Below, piece after piece: positions 26,057-35,837 of a stretch of DNA of 45,009 bases. The notes under the pieces were generated by a model that did no database searches, was not told the DNA's origin, and saw only the letters and a list, made by a program, of their open reading frames with translations. The position numbers were made by a program, and so were the translations under genes. This DNA is from Candidatus Saccharibacteria bacterium UBA1103 (lineage in GTDB: Bacteria > Patescibacteriota > Saccharimonadia > Saccharimonadales > Saccharimonadaceae): NCBI GenBank assembly GCA_905373275.1, contig CAJPSI010000001.1:1-45009 (forward strand), written 5' to 3'. How positions within the stretch are numbered: position 1 is the first letter of the stretch; every line of letters starts with the position of its first letter.

Positions 26057-29000
26057 TTAGCCACCTTTCGAACTGTTTAGTGCCGGTTAGCGACCGGGCG
26101 AACTGGCTGACATCCGGGAAGTCAAGGTTGACGATCCGTCTATAGACCGCTTGAACCAGCTTGGTGAATTCATCCATGTCGGCTAGCCGGCCGTAGTCAA
26201 ACACCGGTGCGATCAATTGTCCGGTCTTAGGGTCCGGCACGACGAATTCGATTACCCCTTCGGTGACTTGCCAGTCGTGATACTGATTCGAACTTTCAAA
26301 GAGTAGTTTGTAAAACATTAGCTGGTTGGCATAGGCGTGGATGCTATCTTTATTGATCGAGCTGAAGCTGGGAAAAAACTTGCCGGTCTTGTAATCGGTG
26401 ATGATAGCTCGACGTTTGTGGCTATCTAATTCGACGGCGTCCAGCTTGCCGTTTAATCTCACGCCGTCAGAGATAGTCGCCTCCAGTCTGAGCTCGGCTC
26501 GCTGATTAGGGCGAAAGCTCTCGGAGCGTTTTTCATAGTAGGCGTCTATTATCGCCCGACCTTTGGCTGACCATTTTCGGGCAGTGGCTTCGTCTAGACT
26601 GGTGGTACGGAAGCTAGTTTGAAAGACTTGATAGGTCTGCTCAATCGGTGGTAGCTTGCCGGGGTGGTCTTCGCTGCCGGCGTAGTTGTGCAGACTCTGC
26701 ATGACGGCATGGATGGCGGTACCGAATAGCTGATTAACAGTCTGAACTCCAGGTAGGCGCAGGAGCCGGTCGAGTAAGAACCGCTCCGGACCGCCATAAG
26801 TCAAGTCAGTAAAGGCGTTCAGGTCGCTAGCTGACAAGGAGTAGCTGCTCAATCGGTCGGCTAGGAGCGACTTTCGGTCGAGACTACTGTCTAAGAGGAA
26901 GCTAAAAGCACTGGTGGCTAACTCCTTGGTGGCTTCGGGTGTATCCGGCTCATTTAGGCTGGTCGCCGGGATGTAGTCTAGGGCATATTCCAGCTGATTC
27001 AGCTCCTTGCTACCCTGGCCGGAGTGCGATGATAGATGAAGCTGGCGAATGGCTCTGGTGATGGCGACGAAGAATAGACGGCGCTTTTCATCATCGGTAG
27101 TGCCGGCATTATCTAGAGGTAGATTAGGTGGCAGCTTGATCATGGCGTTTTTCTCTCTGCACTTACTTCCCCACTCCTCACTCTCGGCGTCTATCAGGTA
27201 GACGGTGTCGAATTCCAACCCTTTGGCTTTGTGGGCGGTCATTAGCTGGACACCTTCGGCAGTACCGTAAGTGGTGACCGAGCTGAGGCTCTCGTTAAGC
27301 GCCTGATATCTGTCGGCAAATTTCAGCAGGTCGCTCAAAGTATTTTTGCGGTCAGGCCGGTACTGCTCCAGAGCTTGGCTCAGGGTGGTATAGTCGCCGA
27401 GGAAGTTTAAGTAGGCTAGGCTGTCTTGGGCTAGCTTATCTGCTCCAAAATAGTACCGGTAAATCGGCGAGCGATATTTTTTCTCAGCCAAAGATACCGG
27501 GTCGTCCGGCCGGTCTGCCCCCCAATCGTCTTCGTCGTTCGGCAGCCCGGTAATCCCCATCAGCTCGGCACACATTACTTCTAAGGGGCTATCTAATGAG
27601 CGTTGCGCCTGCTCTTTGAGCCAGCTGATTAGGTGGGGATGGCGCTTAGCGATAGCCTTAAACCAATTGCCCCACTGTGCCTCGGTGTCCAGGCTGATCT
27701 GATAAAACTCTTCCCCGCTGATACCGAAAGCCGGGCTGGCAATAATATGCGGCAGATAAGCATTGGCGTCGGTGACATTATTGTGAGCGATGCAGACTAC
27801 CGCTCGGGCTAAGTTAAGCAGCAGCTTGATCAGCTCGGAATCAAAGACGTTCTGCTGATGCTGATAGGTAAAGGGAATATCAAGAGCGGTCAGAAAGTCG
27901 GTCAGCTGAACCAGACTCTTGTGGCGACGAGCGATGACGGCGATCTGGGCCGGCTTCGCCCCCTGATCAATTGCTTGTTTGATTCTGCCAGCAACATGGC
28001 TAAATTCGCCGGCTTGGCTGGTAGCAACCGTCCAATCAATCCGGCACTTGTAGTCGCTATGGTGAGCCACCAGTTGCTTAGGCGTGCCGTCGGCATTAGT
28101 TAGGCGCTCGGTGATATCGCCGGCTACTTGCTCTGCCAGCTCGATGATGGCGGTACCGCTACGATAATTAGTCTGCAGGTTGACTTGGCGCAGCTTGGGG
28201 TAACGGCGAGTAAAGGTCTGAATATTGCCGATGTCTGCCCCCTGGAAGCGATAGATAGCCTGGTCGTCGTCGCCCACCACCATCAGATTGGGCTGATCAT
28301 CATAGTCGGTCAGTAGATGAAGCAAGCGCATCTGCGCTTCATTGGTATCCTGAAATTCGTCGACCATGACATACTGGTACTGCTCCTGCAGGGTGGCTTT
28401 TAGCCCGGGGTGTTCAGTGATCGCCTGAATCACCCTGAGGATCATGTCGTTAAAATCGTACAGCTGGCACTCGTCCATTTTGGCTAAGTATTGACGATAG
28501 ATGCCCAGGGCAAACTTCAGCTTACGACAATGCTCGGTGATTATAAGTGTCTTAGCACCGTTGTCACTATTACCGACCCAGCGATTCTTGAAGGCGGTGA
28601 TCGGCTTGGTGCTGCCGTCTTCACTAGCTGTAGTATAAGCCTCCGCTAAGTCATTAGCCATGATCTGAGCTAGGGTCGGAGTAATGGCCTGGGCTAGTGA
28701 TGGGGTCTGTGCGGCTAGCCGGCGTAGCTCGACCAGTAGGTCATCACACTTAGAAATAGTTTTCTTGCTGATACCCTTGGTAAATACTTCATTGATGGTA
28801 GGTTCTATATCGGTACAGAAGTCTAGATCTTGATCAACCAGCTCTTCCAGCTGGTCGGGGTTCAGCCCCGAGTTCTTAAAGTCGCTGATGAGCTTCTGTA
28901 TAGTCTTTAGGTAGATTGGTTGACCGCTAGGGTTGAGCGTGGCTAGGGGGTTGTCGTAGCTGAGCCCGGCTATGATTTCAGTCAGAATCTCGGCCTGGGT

Positions 29001-29363
29001 CAGCTGGTCGGCCGGCTGATAATTGGCGCCGCTGTAAAAATACTCGCCAAAGCGCCCGATAATCGTCGAGCCGAAGCTATGAAAAGTTTGGATCTCTACC
29101 TGATAAGCCGTCGAGCCGATGATCTGGGCCAGGCGTTTCACCATATTAGCCGAGCCGGAGTCGGTGAAGGTCAAGCAGAGGATGTTTGACGGGTCGGCGT
29201 CGGTCTGATGTAGGATATTAGCTGCCCGCACGGCGAGAAGCTCAGTCTTGCCGGTGCCCGGTCCGGCCACCACCATCAAGGGGCCACTGATAATATCGAC
29301 AGCTTGCCGCTGCTGGGCATTTAATCCTTTAAGACGCCTACTAAACTCAGCTTCATAATCCAT
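26043..29363 (-). CDS. UvrD/Rep-family helicase fused to a C-terminal PD-(D/E)XK nuclease
   Basis: AGPGTGKT, DEFQD, VGDDDQAIYRFQGA, NYRS, MTAHKAKGLEF, RRLFFVAITRA; nuclease GKLDAV...ITDYKTG...QLMFY. Confidence 0.93.
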   Translation of the reverse strand: MDYEAEFSRRLKGLNAQQRQAVDIISGPLMVVAGPGTGKTELLAVRAANILHQTDADPSNILCLTFTDSGSANMVKRLAQIIGSTAYQVEIQTFHSFGSTIIGRFGEYFYSGANYQPADQLTQAEILTEIIAGLSYDNPLATLNPSGQPIYLKTIQKLISDFKNSGLNPDQLEELVDQDLDFCTDIEPTINEVFTKGISKKTISKCDDLLVELRRLAAQTPSLAQAITPTLAQIMANDLAEAYTTASEDGSTKPITAFKNRWVGNSDNGAKTLIITEHCRKLKFALGIYRQYLAKMDECQLYDFNDMILRVIQAITEHPGLKATLQEQYQYVMVDEFQDTNEAQMRLLHLLTDYDDQPNLMVVGDDDQAIYRFQGADIGNIQTFTRRYPKLRQVNLQTNYRSGTAIIELAEQVAGDITERLTNADGTPKQLVAHHSDYKCRIDWTVATSQAGEFSHVAGRIKQAIDQGAKPAQIAVIARRHKSLVQLTDFLTALDIPFTYQHQQNVFDSELIKLLLNLARAVVCIAHNNVTDANAYLPHIIASPAFGISGEEFYQISLDTEAQWGNWFKAIAKRHPHLISWLKEQAQRSLDSPLEVMCAELMGITGLPNDEDDWGADRPDDPVSLAEKKYRSPIYRYYFGADKLAQDSLAYLNFLGDYTTLSQALEQYRPDRKNTLSDLLKFADRYQALNESLSSVTTYGTAEGVQLMTAHKAKGLEFDTVYLIDAESEEWGSKCREKNAMIKLPPNLPLDNAGTTDDEKRRLFFVAITRAIRQLHLSSHSGQGSKELNQLEYALDYIPATSLNEPDTPEATKELATSAFSFLLDSSLDRKSLLADRLSSYSLSASDLNAFTDLTYGGPERFLLDRLLRLPGVQTVNQLFGTAIHAVMQSLHNYAGSEDHPGKLPPIEQTYQVFQTSFRTTSLDEATARKWSAKGRAIIDAYYEKRSESFRPNQRAELRLEATISDGVRLNGKLDAVELDSHKRRAIITDYKTGKFFPSFSSINKDSIHAYANQLMFYKLLFESSNQYHDWQVTEGVIEFVVPDPKTGQLIAPVFDYGRLADMDEFTKLVQAVYRRIVNLDFPDVSQFARSLTGTKQFERWLIEHD

Positions 29364-29425
29364 GACTATATTCTACCCCATCTTGGGTGGTTTTATTGGA
29401 TTACATGAGCGGCTTTTCTGAGTAG

Positions 29426-30085
29426 CTAGCTAGATTGTTTCATGACACGATTAATTTTTTCTTTTAACTCGTTTATAAATTGCTTGTCGAATTCTTTTTT
29501 CTCGCTATCGGTCATCTCATCCCATGTCTTATTGCGATTATATGACTCAAAGGCCGCTCCAATAGGATACCCGGAGTTGTTGTATGGACGTCGCAATTTG
29601 TCCTTATTAAGGAATCCATTATTCACGTTATAAACGATTTCGTAAGCTCCGTTTGGTGCGACTATGGCAACACATTGTTTGAAGTAGCAATCATAGTTCT
29701 TTAGATTCTTGGTCTTTTTCTGTAGGAATTTCCAAAATACTTCATTACTAGTGCTTTCCGGTAGCTCACCACCCCATCGGCGTAGCGCTACGCCCGGTTC
29801 ACCATTCAGCTCTTTAATAAAGAAGCCGGTATCATCACCGATCGACACCTTGCCCGTTGTAACTGCGTATGCCCTGGCTTTGGCGATAGCATTATCCTCA
29901 ATGGAATCAATACCTTCCGGAACGTCAATCTTAATGTTGTCTGATTTGGGTGATGTTAGCTTGTATTCGTCTCCAAGGTAGAGTTTGTAGTCACTGAGCT
30001 TGGACATGTTGCCGGTCGCCACAAACACTTCTTTTTTGCCCGAGGTGCTTGCGCCGGTAACAATAAATAGTGGTCTTTCTGTCAT
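29426..30085 (-). CDS. Non-canonical purine NTP pyrophosphatase (Ham1/ITPase family)
   Basis: VATGNMSK, E..DSIEDNAIAKARAY, GDDTGFFIKELNGEPGV; AT-rich. Confidence 0.88.
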   Translation of the reverse strand: MTERPLFIVTGASTSGKKEVFVATGNMSKLSDYKLYLGDEYKLTSPKSDNIKIDVPEGIDSIEDNAIAKARAYAVTTGKVSIGDDTGFFIKELNGEPGVALRRWGGELPESTSNEVFWKFLQKKTKNLKNYDCYFKQCVAIVAPNGAYEIVYNVNNGFLNKDKLRRPYNNSGYPIGAAFESYNRNKTWDEMTDSEKKEFDKQFINELKEKINRVMKQSS

Positions 30086-30373
30086 AATGTTCTTTCTTGA
30101 GTAGTATTGCTACAATTGATTGTTTAAGATAGATTTATTTATAGTATAAAGCGGCACGGCTGCAAATACACTTTCTACATTAACGCCTTAATTGCTCTGA
30201 GTTAGTGTGCTTTGACGACTTAAGTATTGCTGGAGTTAACAGGCAATCATACGTTGCAATTGTCTGATAGTATAGGGTTGCTTACCTGCTAGCCGCCAGC
30301 CAGCTTGGTCTATCCAATAAGAATGGCCGCCATATAACACAAGCCGTTGTATGCAAAGAAGATAAAATGGTAG

Positions 30374-30913
30374 CTACATATGCAGGTGCTGATAGCCAAA
30401 TCTAGCCAGCTCGGGGGAGATATCTTCATAACTCTTGCCGGCCAGCAAACCGCCGGCGATGAAGTCTTCTTGAGTAACATCTGCCAAGATAAAGTCAGGC
30501 GGAGTGAACGACGCCTTGGCGTCAAGCGAATCAAATTCGAAATCAATTAGCACTAGCCCAGCTAATTTGCCGGTAAAAACGTCAAGCTCGGCTTTACTAC
30601 CGTCAATCTGCATTTTATACCGATCCTTAGCAACTCTCTTTTGGCTAGCTATAGCAAGTGCCTCGAATTCATCTTTGTTCAGGCTAATGGTCTGCTCTAC
30701 CTGAGCCGAGGCGTCGCCATCCTTGATGGGCGTCTTCTTGGTTATCTCGCAATGGTCATCTTGCCGACGTAAACGCAAATGAGCATGACCCGGGGTATCA
30801 GGAATGTAGATATCCAGCAGATGGCTGGGTGATACACCGGCAATCTCTTTCGGTATTGATTTAACCAGGTAAGTTAGCTCTAGTTCAGTTTCCACGTAAT
30901 AGTCCTCCATCAT
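30374..30913 (-). CDS. CYTH/triphosphate tunnel metalloenzyme-like protein
   Basis: ELELTYL, LRLR, EITKK, KDRY, ELDVF, LIDFEF. Confidence 0.8.
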   Translation of the reverse strand: MMEDYYVETELELTYLVKSIPKEIAGVSPSHLLDIYIPDTPGHAHLRLRRQDDHCEITKKTPIKDGDASAQVEQTISLNKDEFEALAIASQKRVAKDRYKMQIDGSKAELDVFTGKLAGLVLIDFEFDSLDAKASFTPPDFILADVTQEDFIAGGLLAGKSYEDISPELARFGYQHLHM

Positions 30914-31109
30914 TTTGTTGAATGTAATTACATACTTTTCTAAATCCAGCGATATATTTATTGGCTTTGTCGCACAACCCTACCTAACCTCCAAGTAAAA
31001 CGAGTAGTGCTGTGTTTGTAGTATCATGAAAAACCAAACAGATAGTGCTACCCGTAACCATAATAACACCATATGCGTCAGCGCCGGATATGTTAAAATT
31101 ACGGTAGTT

Positions 31110-31598
31110 ATGAATGATCAGCTGTACGATGAAGTTAGCTTAGAGCGCCGTATCTATGAAGAGTTTAAGCTGGATACTAAGATTCAGTCGATCATCGTCC
31201 GGCAGATACCGGCCGGCCGTAGTGCTGTGGCAACAGTCTTTCTGAGCGAGAAGCACCAGTTATACTGCTTCATTGATTCGCCGATGCGTCTAACTTTGCG
31301 AGACGTCCGCAAAATCGTTAGTCGGATGGGATTAAAAGCACTGAAGTACCTGCCGCCCCATGACGACGAAGCGTATTTCGACACCGTCGCTAGAGACAAG
31401 TTTAACGCTATGTTTCCGGGTAGAATGGTGGTGACTAGTGAAGACCTCTTCTACTACAAGACGATGGCACCCTACTGCCCCGCTCTGGTACAAATAGGAG
31501 AAGTGACCTGCGGTGTGATCAAGCAATACGACCCTACGGCGGTGGGTAGCTGGCGGCCCAGCGTCAAGTTTAGCTATCGGCGCTTGCAGACCAGCTAG
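31110..31598 (+). CDS. Hypothetical protein
   Basis: Protein-like ORF. Likely start MNDQLYDE (31110) after TGTTAAAAT. Confidence 0.75.
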   Translation: MNDQLYDEVSLERRIYEEFKLDTKIQSIIVRQIPAGRSAVATVFLSEKHQLYCFIDSPMRLTLRDVRKIVSRMGLKALKYLPPHDDEAYFDTVARDKFNAMFPGRMVVTSEDLFYYKTMAPYCPALVQIGEVTCGVIKQYDPTAVGSWRPSVKFSYRRLQTS

Positions 31599-32311
31599 GT
31601 GCTTTTCTTGTTTGATTTGCTGCCGGATTTTGGTGTAGTCTTGGTGCTTTTCTTAGCCTTGCCGATCTTCGGCTTAGCAGCTTCCGTTCCCGTTTGGTCG
31701 GTCGGCTTGATATCGTGTTCCGCTTGGTTGGTAGTGTCATCTGTTTGCGGCTTAGGATCTCCATCTTCGCTGTGTCCAGCCGAGATACGATTGAGCCATC
31801 GCTCTGTATGTCGGTGCTTGGCGATGCGTAGCCCGACCATCCCGATAATGATGGGTACGATGCCGGTTGCGGCAATGCTGCCGGAGGCAAAGATAGTTTG
31901 GCGGAGCGTCTTTTTGCCCGAGTTCTGGTGATCGGGCAGATAGGCGTTATTGGCGGGGTGATTCGGGTCGTACTTGATCTTGACTGACTGTCCACTATGG
32001 AGGCGACATTTATCGGTGGTCGGTTCGCCACGATAACCTAGGATGGCGGTATACTCATCGCCTTTGATCCGAAAACGATAATCTACCTGGCAAGCCTGAT
32101 TGTTGCGACCACGTTCGTCGTCGCCGATGCCGGTTATCTTATTCACACTGATTACCCGAGCATTTGTCTCCTTAGTACGTCTGGTCGAGGCTTGATATTG
32201 CCAGATGGTGACGACGGACAGCAGCAAGGTAGCCAACCCGATCAAGATTAAGATCTGGCAAGCGGGACGAAACATTATCCCGATTAGGCGACGGCTGGTG
32301 CTGTGCGTCAC
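31595..32311 (-). CDS. DUF3592-like membrane protein with Lys-rich tail
   Basis: TM, T.ARV, YRF..GDEY, GQSVKIKYDPNHP, TM. Confidence 0.75.
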   Translation of the reverse strand: MTHSTSRRLIGIMFRPACQILILIGLATLLLSVVTIWQYQASTRRTKETNARVISVNKITGIGDDERGRNNQACQVDYRFRIKGDEYTAILGYRGEPTTDKCRLHSGQSVKIKYDPNHPANNAYLPDHQNSGKKTLRQTIFASGSIAATGIVPIIIGMVGLRIAKHRHTERWLNRISAGHSEDGDPKPQTDDTTNQAEHDIKPTDQTGTEAAKPKIGKAKKSTKTTPKSGSKSNKKST

Positions 32312-32314
32312 GGA

Positions 32315-32941
32315 CTAATCCCTCTCTGACTTCGCTTTCGATTTGCGAGCGGCTCGCTGGTCTTCCTCCAGAGCATCCTCTTCAATCTCGAGAGCCCGAT
32401 GGATAGCAACTAGTCCAACGAAGCCGATGCCCAGCGGTAAAGCACTAATGATGGCTGTGGCAACGGCGATGAAGAGTAGCCACTCCTCATCTTTTTGATT
32501 ATCACCATAGGAGTTGTTAGCCGGGTTGAGCTTCTCGTAGCGAATGGTGGCTTGCTTTACCTGACTGACTTCACGGTACTTGCCCGGCTGTGATTGCCCT
32601 ACTGCCTCGTCGGCGGTCTTGATGTAGCATCCGGCGTAATTAATGGTCGGTTGCCAGCCGGTCTTGCTGCTATACTCTTTGTCGCCAAGCTTGAAATCGT
32701 ACTTCACCCGACAGCTCTCATTGCCGTAGCGGTCAGTCGTACGCCTCACCCCTCGGATGGTTGCCTTGGCGGTGGTAGTGCGCTTAGTGTAAGCGACGTA
32801 GTTGTCGGCGATGGTAAGAGCCTGGTATAGCCCAAAGATACCGACGACCACTAGCGTGACGCAGATAATGCGGTAGATAGTTCGGGCGACGATGCTCGTG
32901 CGAACGTGTTGTTGTAGTTTCTTCTTTCTTCCCCTTGTCAT
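32315..32941 (-). CDS. DUF3592-like membrane protein (paralog of 31595-32311)
   Basis: TM, TAKATI, CRVKYDFKLGDKEY, IRYEKLNPANN, TM. Confidence 0.7.
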   Translation of the reverse strand: MTRGRKKKLQQHVRTSIVARTIYRIICVTLVVVGIFGLYQALTIADNYVAYTKRTTTAKATIRGVRRTTDRYGNESCRVKYDFKLGDKEYSSKTGWQPTINYAGCYIKTADEAVGQSQPGKYREVSQVKQATIRYEKLNPANNSYGDNQKDEEWLLFIAVATAIISALPLGIGFVGLVAIHRALEIEEDALEEDQRAARKSKAKSERD

Positions 32942-33011
32942 AATAGTCTGATTCTACCACGCCGGGCTATTTATAGCTATTGCCTGGCTAAGTCTTATTT
33001 GACCACTTGCC

Positions 33012-35030
33012 CTACTCTGCTCTTAGGTCGCTGGCGGGTGAGCGATGGGTATTGCTGATGATGGGCTGGATACTGGCGATCAGCGCCACTACGATGATGC
33101 TGAGGTTGACGAGTGCCAGCTGAGCCAACGTTGATTCGTCGATGGCAAATAGCTTGATCTGCGATGACCCGCCGATGATGCTGACTGACGACCGAGCGAT
33201 GGCGGTAAGCCTCGGAGCGAAGACCTGGTCGATGGCGACCGATACGCCTATGCCGATAATCCCGGCGATGATAATAGTCAAGATAGCCAGCATCAGAGCG
33301 TACACCAGGTATATCAGAGTGATGTCTCGGCGCTTGGCGCCAATAGCCCGATAGACGGCGGTCTCTTGCCGACTCTCGGAGATGATTCGAGAGATGGTAG
33401 TCCAGATGATGATGATAGCCAGTCCGGCGATGACAGCAGCGATGATGGTGATGGTCTGCCTGAGTTGTCTCGCCAGTTCGTCAAGTACCAGAAAGTTGAC
33501 GCCGTATTGCTCGGCTATATAGGGCCTACTACTGTCGTTAGCCTTTTGCTCGGTCGTGGTTTGTTCGGTCATGAACCGATGAGCCTGTCGGGCAGTAGCG
33601 AACTCCAGTAGTCCGTAGGGAAATTGCTTGGCAAGCCGGTCGGGTAAGTCCAGAGTGTCAAGTATATCGGGCTTTTCGCCAACGATATTGTCAAGCTTCT
33701 GCTTGGTCGGCAGGCGGCTATAGAGATTGACCGGGATGAGCGCCATGTTATTGAAGAATGGACGAGCAGCCAAGATTGACTTGCCGATACCGATGAGGTC
33801 TTTGCCGTTGTCGTCCTGTGTGTTCGACTCGTTAGACACGCCCACAACTTGCATGGTGATGAGCTGATGGTATGGCAAGATTGGCTCACCTTGGCGTTGT
33901 TTAAGCAGATTTTGCTTGTCTTGCTCTGCTTTCTGTTCGGCGGTGCGCTTATCGGCAATGATGGTGATATCGCCACAAGGTGTGGTCGGTAGACGATAAT
34001 ATAGCCCCGCCCCATCGGTCGGCACCCAGGCGGTCTTCGATTTATCAGCATTACTGCCATTAGAATCCTTGGAATCAGTACCGGCTAGCTCATTTCTCGC
34101 CTGTTGAATCTTAGTCAAGATGTCCTGCTCGACTTTATTACGATGGCAGATCTGATAAGTGAAGCCGCTCGCTTTAGTCTTGATCTGCTTGAGCCAGTCT
34201 ACCCTAGCCTGATCGTCAGCGGGTGGCTGCGGGCTGACACCAAGCCGGCCGGCAAATTTCTTAGCTAAGTGAGCGGCGGGGATGACTACCGGGACACCCT
34301 TGAGCCGACCATGATAAGTGATATATTTGTCTGTCAGTTTACCGGCGGCGCCGATGTAGTGGGCGGAGCTGATCGGGTTGTCGTCATAGATTAGTTTGCT
34401 ATCTACCCAGTCTTTGAGCTCTTCCTTGCCATCCACGACCAGCTTGGTGTCGATGAATTTGTAGACCAAGTCACTATTGGGGCTGGGATAATAGCCGGTT
34501 GAGCCATACTTCTTGGCGGTGGCAATTAGATTGGCTGTCTTATTGGTGGCTGACTTAGCCCATCGCTCGTATTCTCGGCTAAATAGTTGCTTGGTGATAC
34601 TTGAACTATGATCAATGGTGACTTGGTACTTGGTTGGCTCACTCTTGTTGCTGAATTCGTCAAACTTAAGTGCCGGCGCATCTTCGCCGGGGTCATACTT
34701 TAGCCCTTGCGCCTGATATTGCTTACTCTTGGCAGCCCGATATTGGGTCTCGAAGCTTCTGACCTCGTCGATGGTCCGGTGAGATGGATTGTCGAACTTG
34801 TCGGTAATCTTATTGAACGGGATGTTGGCGTTGATGGCGACCTGATAGCGCTTGCCGCCCACCTCCTTAATGAAACGATCCAGGCTGGTGACGACTCCGT
34901 TAGCGATGACAATCGTGGCGATCAGTACACCGAAGAGCAACCCCGAGGTGATCAGTGACAGAATGGTCAGTCGGCGCTTGGTGTGGAACTTTGCCTTGGC
35001 GAGGCGGATGGCGTTCAGAGTCTTGATCAT
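33012..35030 (-). CDS. ABC transporter permease, FtsX/MacB-like, large extracellular domain
   Basis: N-terminal TM and C-terminal ESRQETAVYRAIGAKRRDI with three TMs, ending SPASDLRAE. Confidence 0.88.
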   Translation of the reverse strand: MIKTLNAIRLAKAKFHTKRRLTILSLITSGLLFGVLIATIVIANGVVTSLDRFIKEVGGKRYQVAINANIPFNKITDKFDNPSHRTIDEVRSFETQYRAAKSKQYQAQGLKYDPGEDAPALKFDEFSNKSEPTKYQVTIDHSSSITKQLFSREYERWAKSATNKTANLIATAKKYGSTGYYPSPNSDLVYKFIDTKLVVDGKEELKDWVDSKLIYDDNPISSAHYIGAAGKLTDKYITYHGRLKGVPVVIPAAHLAKKFAGRLGVSPQPPADDQARVDWLKQIKTKASGFTYQICHRNKVEQDILTKIQQARNELAGTDSKDSNGSNADKSKTAWVPTDGAGLYYRLPTTPCGDITIIADKRTAEQKAEQDKQNLLKQRQGEPILPYHQLITMQVVGVSNESNTQDDNGKDLIGIGKSILAARPFFNNMALIPVNLYSRLPTKQKLDNIVGEKPDILDTLDLPDRLAKQFPYGLLEFATARQAHRFMTEQTTTEQKANDSSRPYIAEQYGVNFLVLDELARQLRQTITIIAAVIAGLAIIIIWTTISRIISESRQETAVYRAIGAKRRDITLIYLVYALMLAILTIIIAGIIGIGVSVAIDQVFAPRLTAIARSSVSIIGGSSQIKLFAIDESTLAQLALVNLSIIVVALIASIQPIISNTHRSPASDLRAE

Positions 35031-35788
35031 AGCACCCCCGCCTTCGTCTCCGCCGGTCGGTTGGCGGCGGCTGTATCTCTGACGATCGCCCCGTCACGTA
35101 GCTCAATGACTCGGTCGGCTTCTCCGGCGATCTGCTGGTTGTGGGTGACTATCACTACTGTCGTACCGAGCTGGCGGTTAATCTGATGAAAGATGTCGGT
35201 GATAGTCCGACTGTTTGCCGAGTCCAGGTTGCCGGTCGGTTCGTCGGCCAGCAGTATGCTCGGACGATTGATGATGGCTCGGCAGATGGCCACTCGCTGG
35301 GCTTGCCCGCCCGATAGTTCGCTCGGCAAGGCATCAATCTTCTCGTCGAGTCCGACGGCGTAGAGAGTCTGGCGAGCCTTATCTCGGGCTTGGTTGTAGG
35401 GCTGTCCGGCAAACATCGTTGGCACTACGACGTTATTGACGACAGAGAGGAACGGCTGGAGGTGAAACGCCTGGAAAACGAAACCGATGCTGGTGCTGCG
35501 TAACTGACTCAGCTGGTTGTCGTTGAGTTTGGCGATGTCTTGTCCATTGATGTAGACCTGGCCGGCTGAAGGTTTCTCCAGGGCACCGATCAGTCGCAGC
35601 ATAGTGCTCTTGCCACTACCGCTTTCACCGGTGATGGCGACAAACTCGCCCGGCTGAATGCTTAATGATACATCCCTTAGGGCGGTTACTGTCTGACGCC
35701 TGAGCTGATAAGATTGGCTAACTTGGCTCAGCAATATGGCACTACTGCCACCGGCTGCTTTTTGGTTTACCTCTTTCCCACCTGCCAT
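35027..35788 (-). CDS. ABC transporter ATP-binding protein (LolD/MacB-like)
   Basis: [34 protein letters not shown]. Confidence 0.96.
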   Translation of the reverse strand: MAGGKEVNQKAAGGSSAILLSQVSQSYQLRRQTVTALRDVSLSIQPGEFVAITGESGSGKSTMLRLIGALEKPSAGQVYINGQDIAKLNDNQLSQLRSTSIGFVFQAFHLQPFLSVVNNVVVPTMFAGQPYNQARDKARQTLYAVGLDEKIDALPSELSGGQAQRVAICRAIINRPSILLADEPTGNLDSANSRTITDIFHQINRQLGTTVVIVTHNQQIAGEADRVIELRDGAIVRDTAAANRPAETKAGVL

Positions 35789-35837
35789 TACTGGTTATTA
35801 GTATAGTCCAGGTCTTTAGCCGTGGCAAGCTCATGGA

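Noticed and set aside
30170..31110. Intergenic hairpins near 30330-30353 and 31001-31054 and ORF 30310-30546
   Set aside because: The hairpins are short or rely on many G-U pairs with no clear promoter-terminator pair, and the ORF is an alternate frame of the CYTH gene
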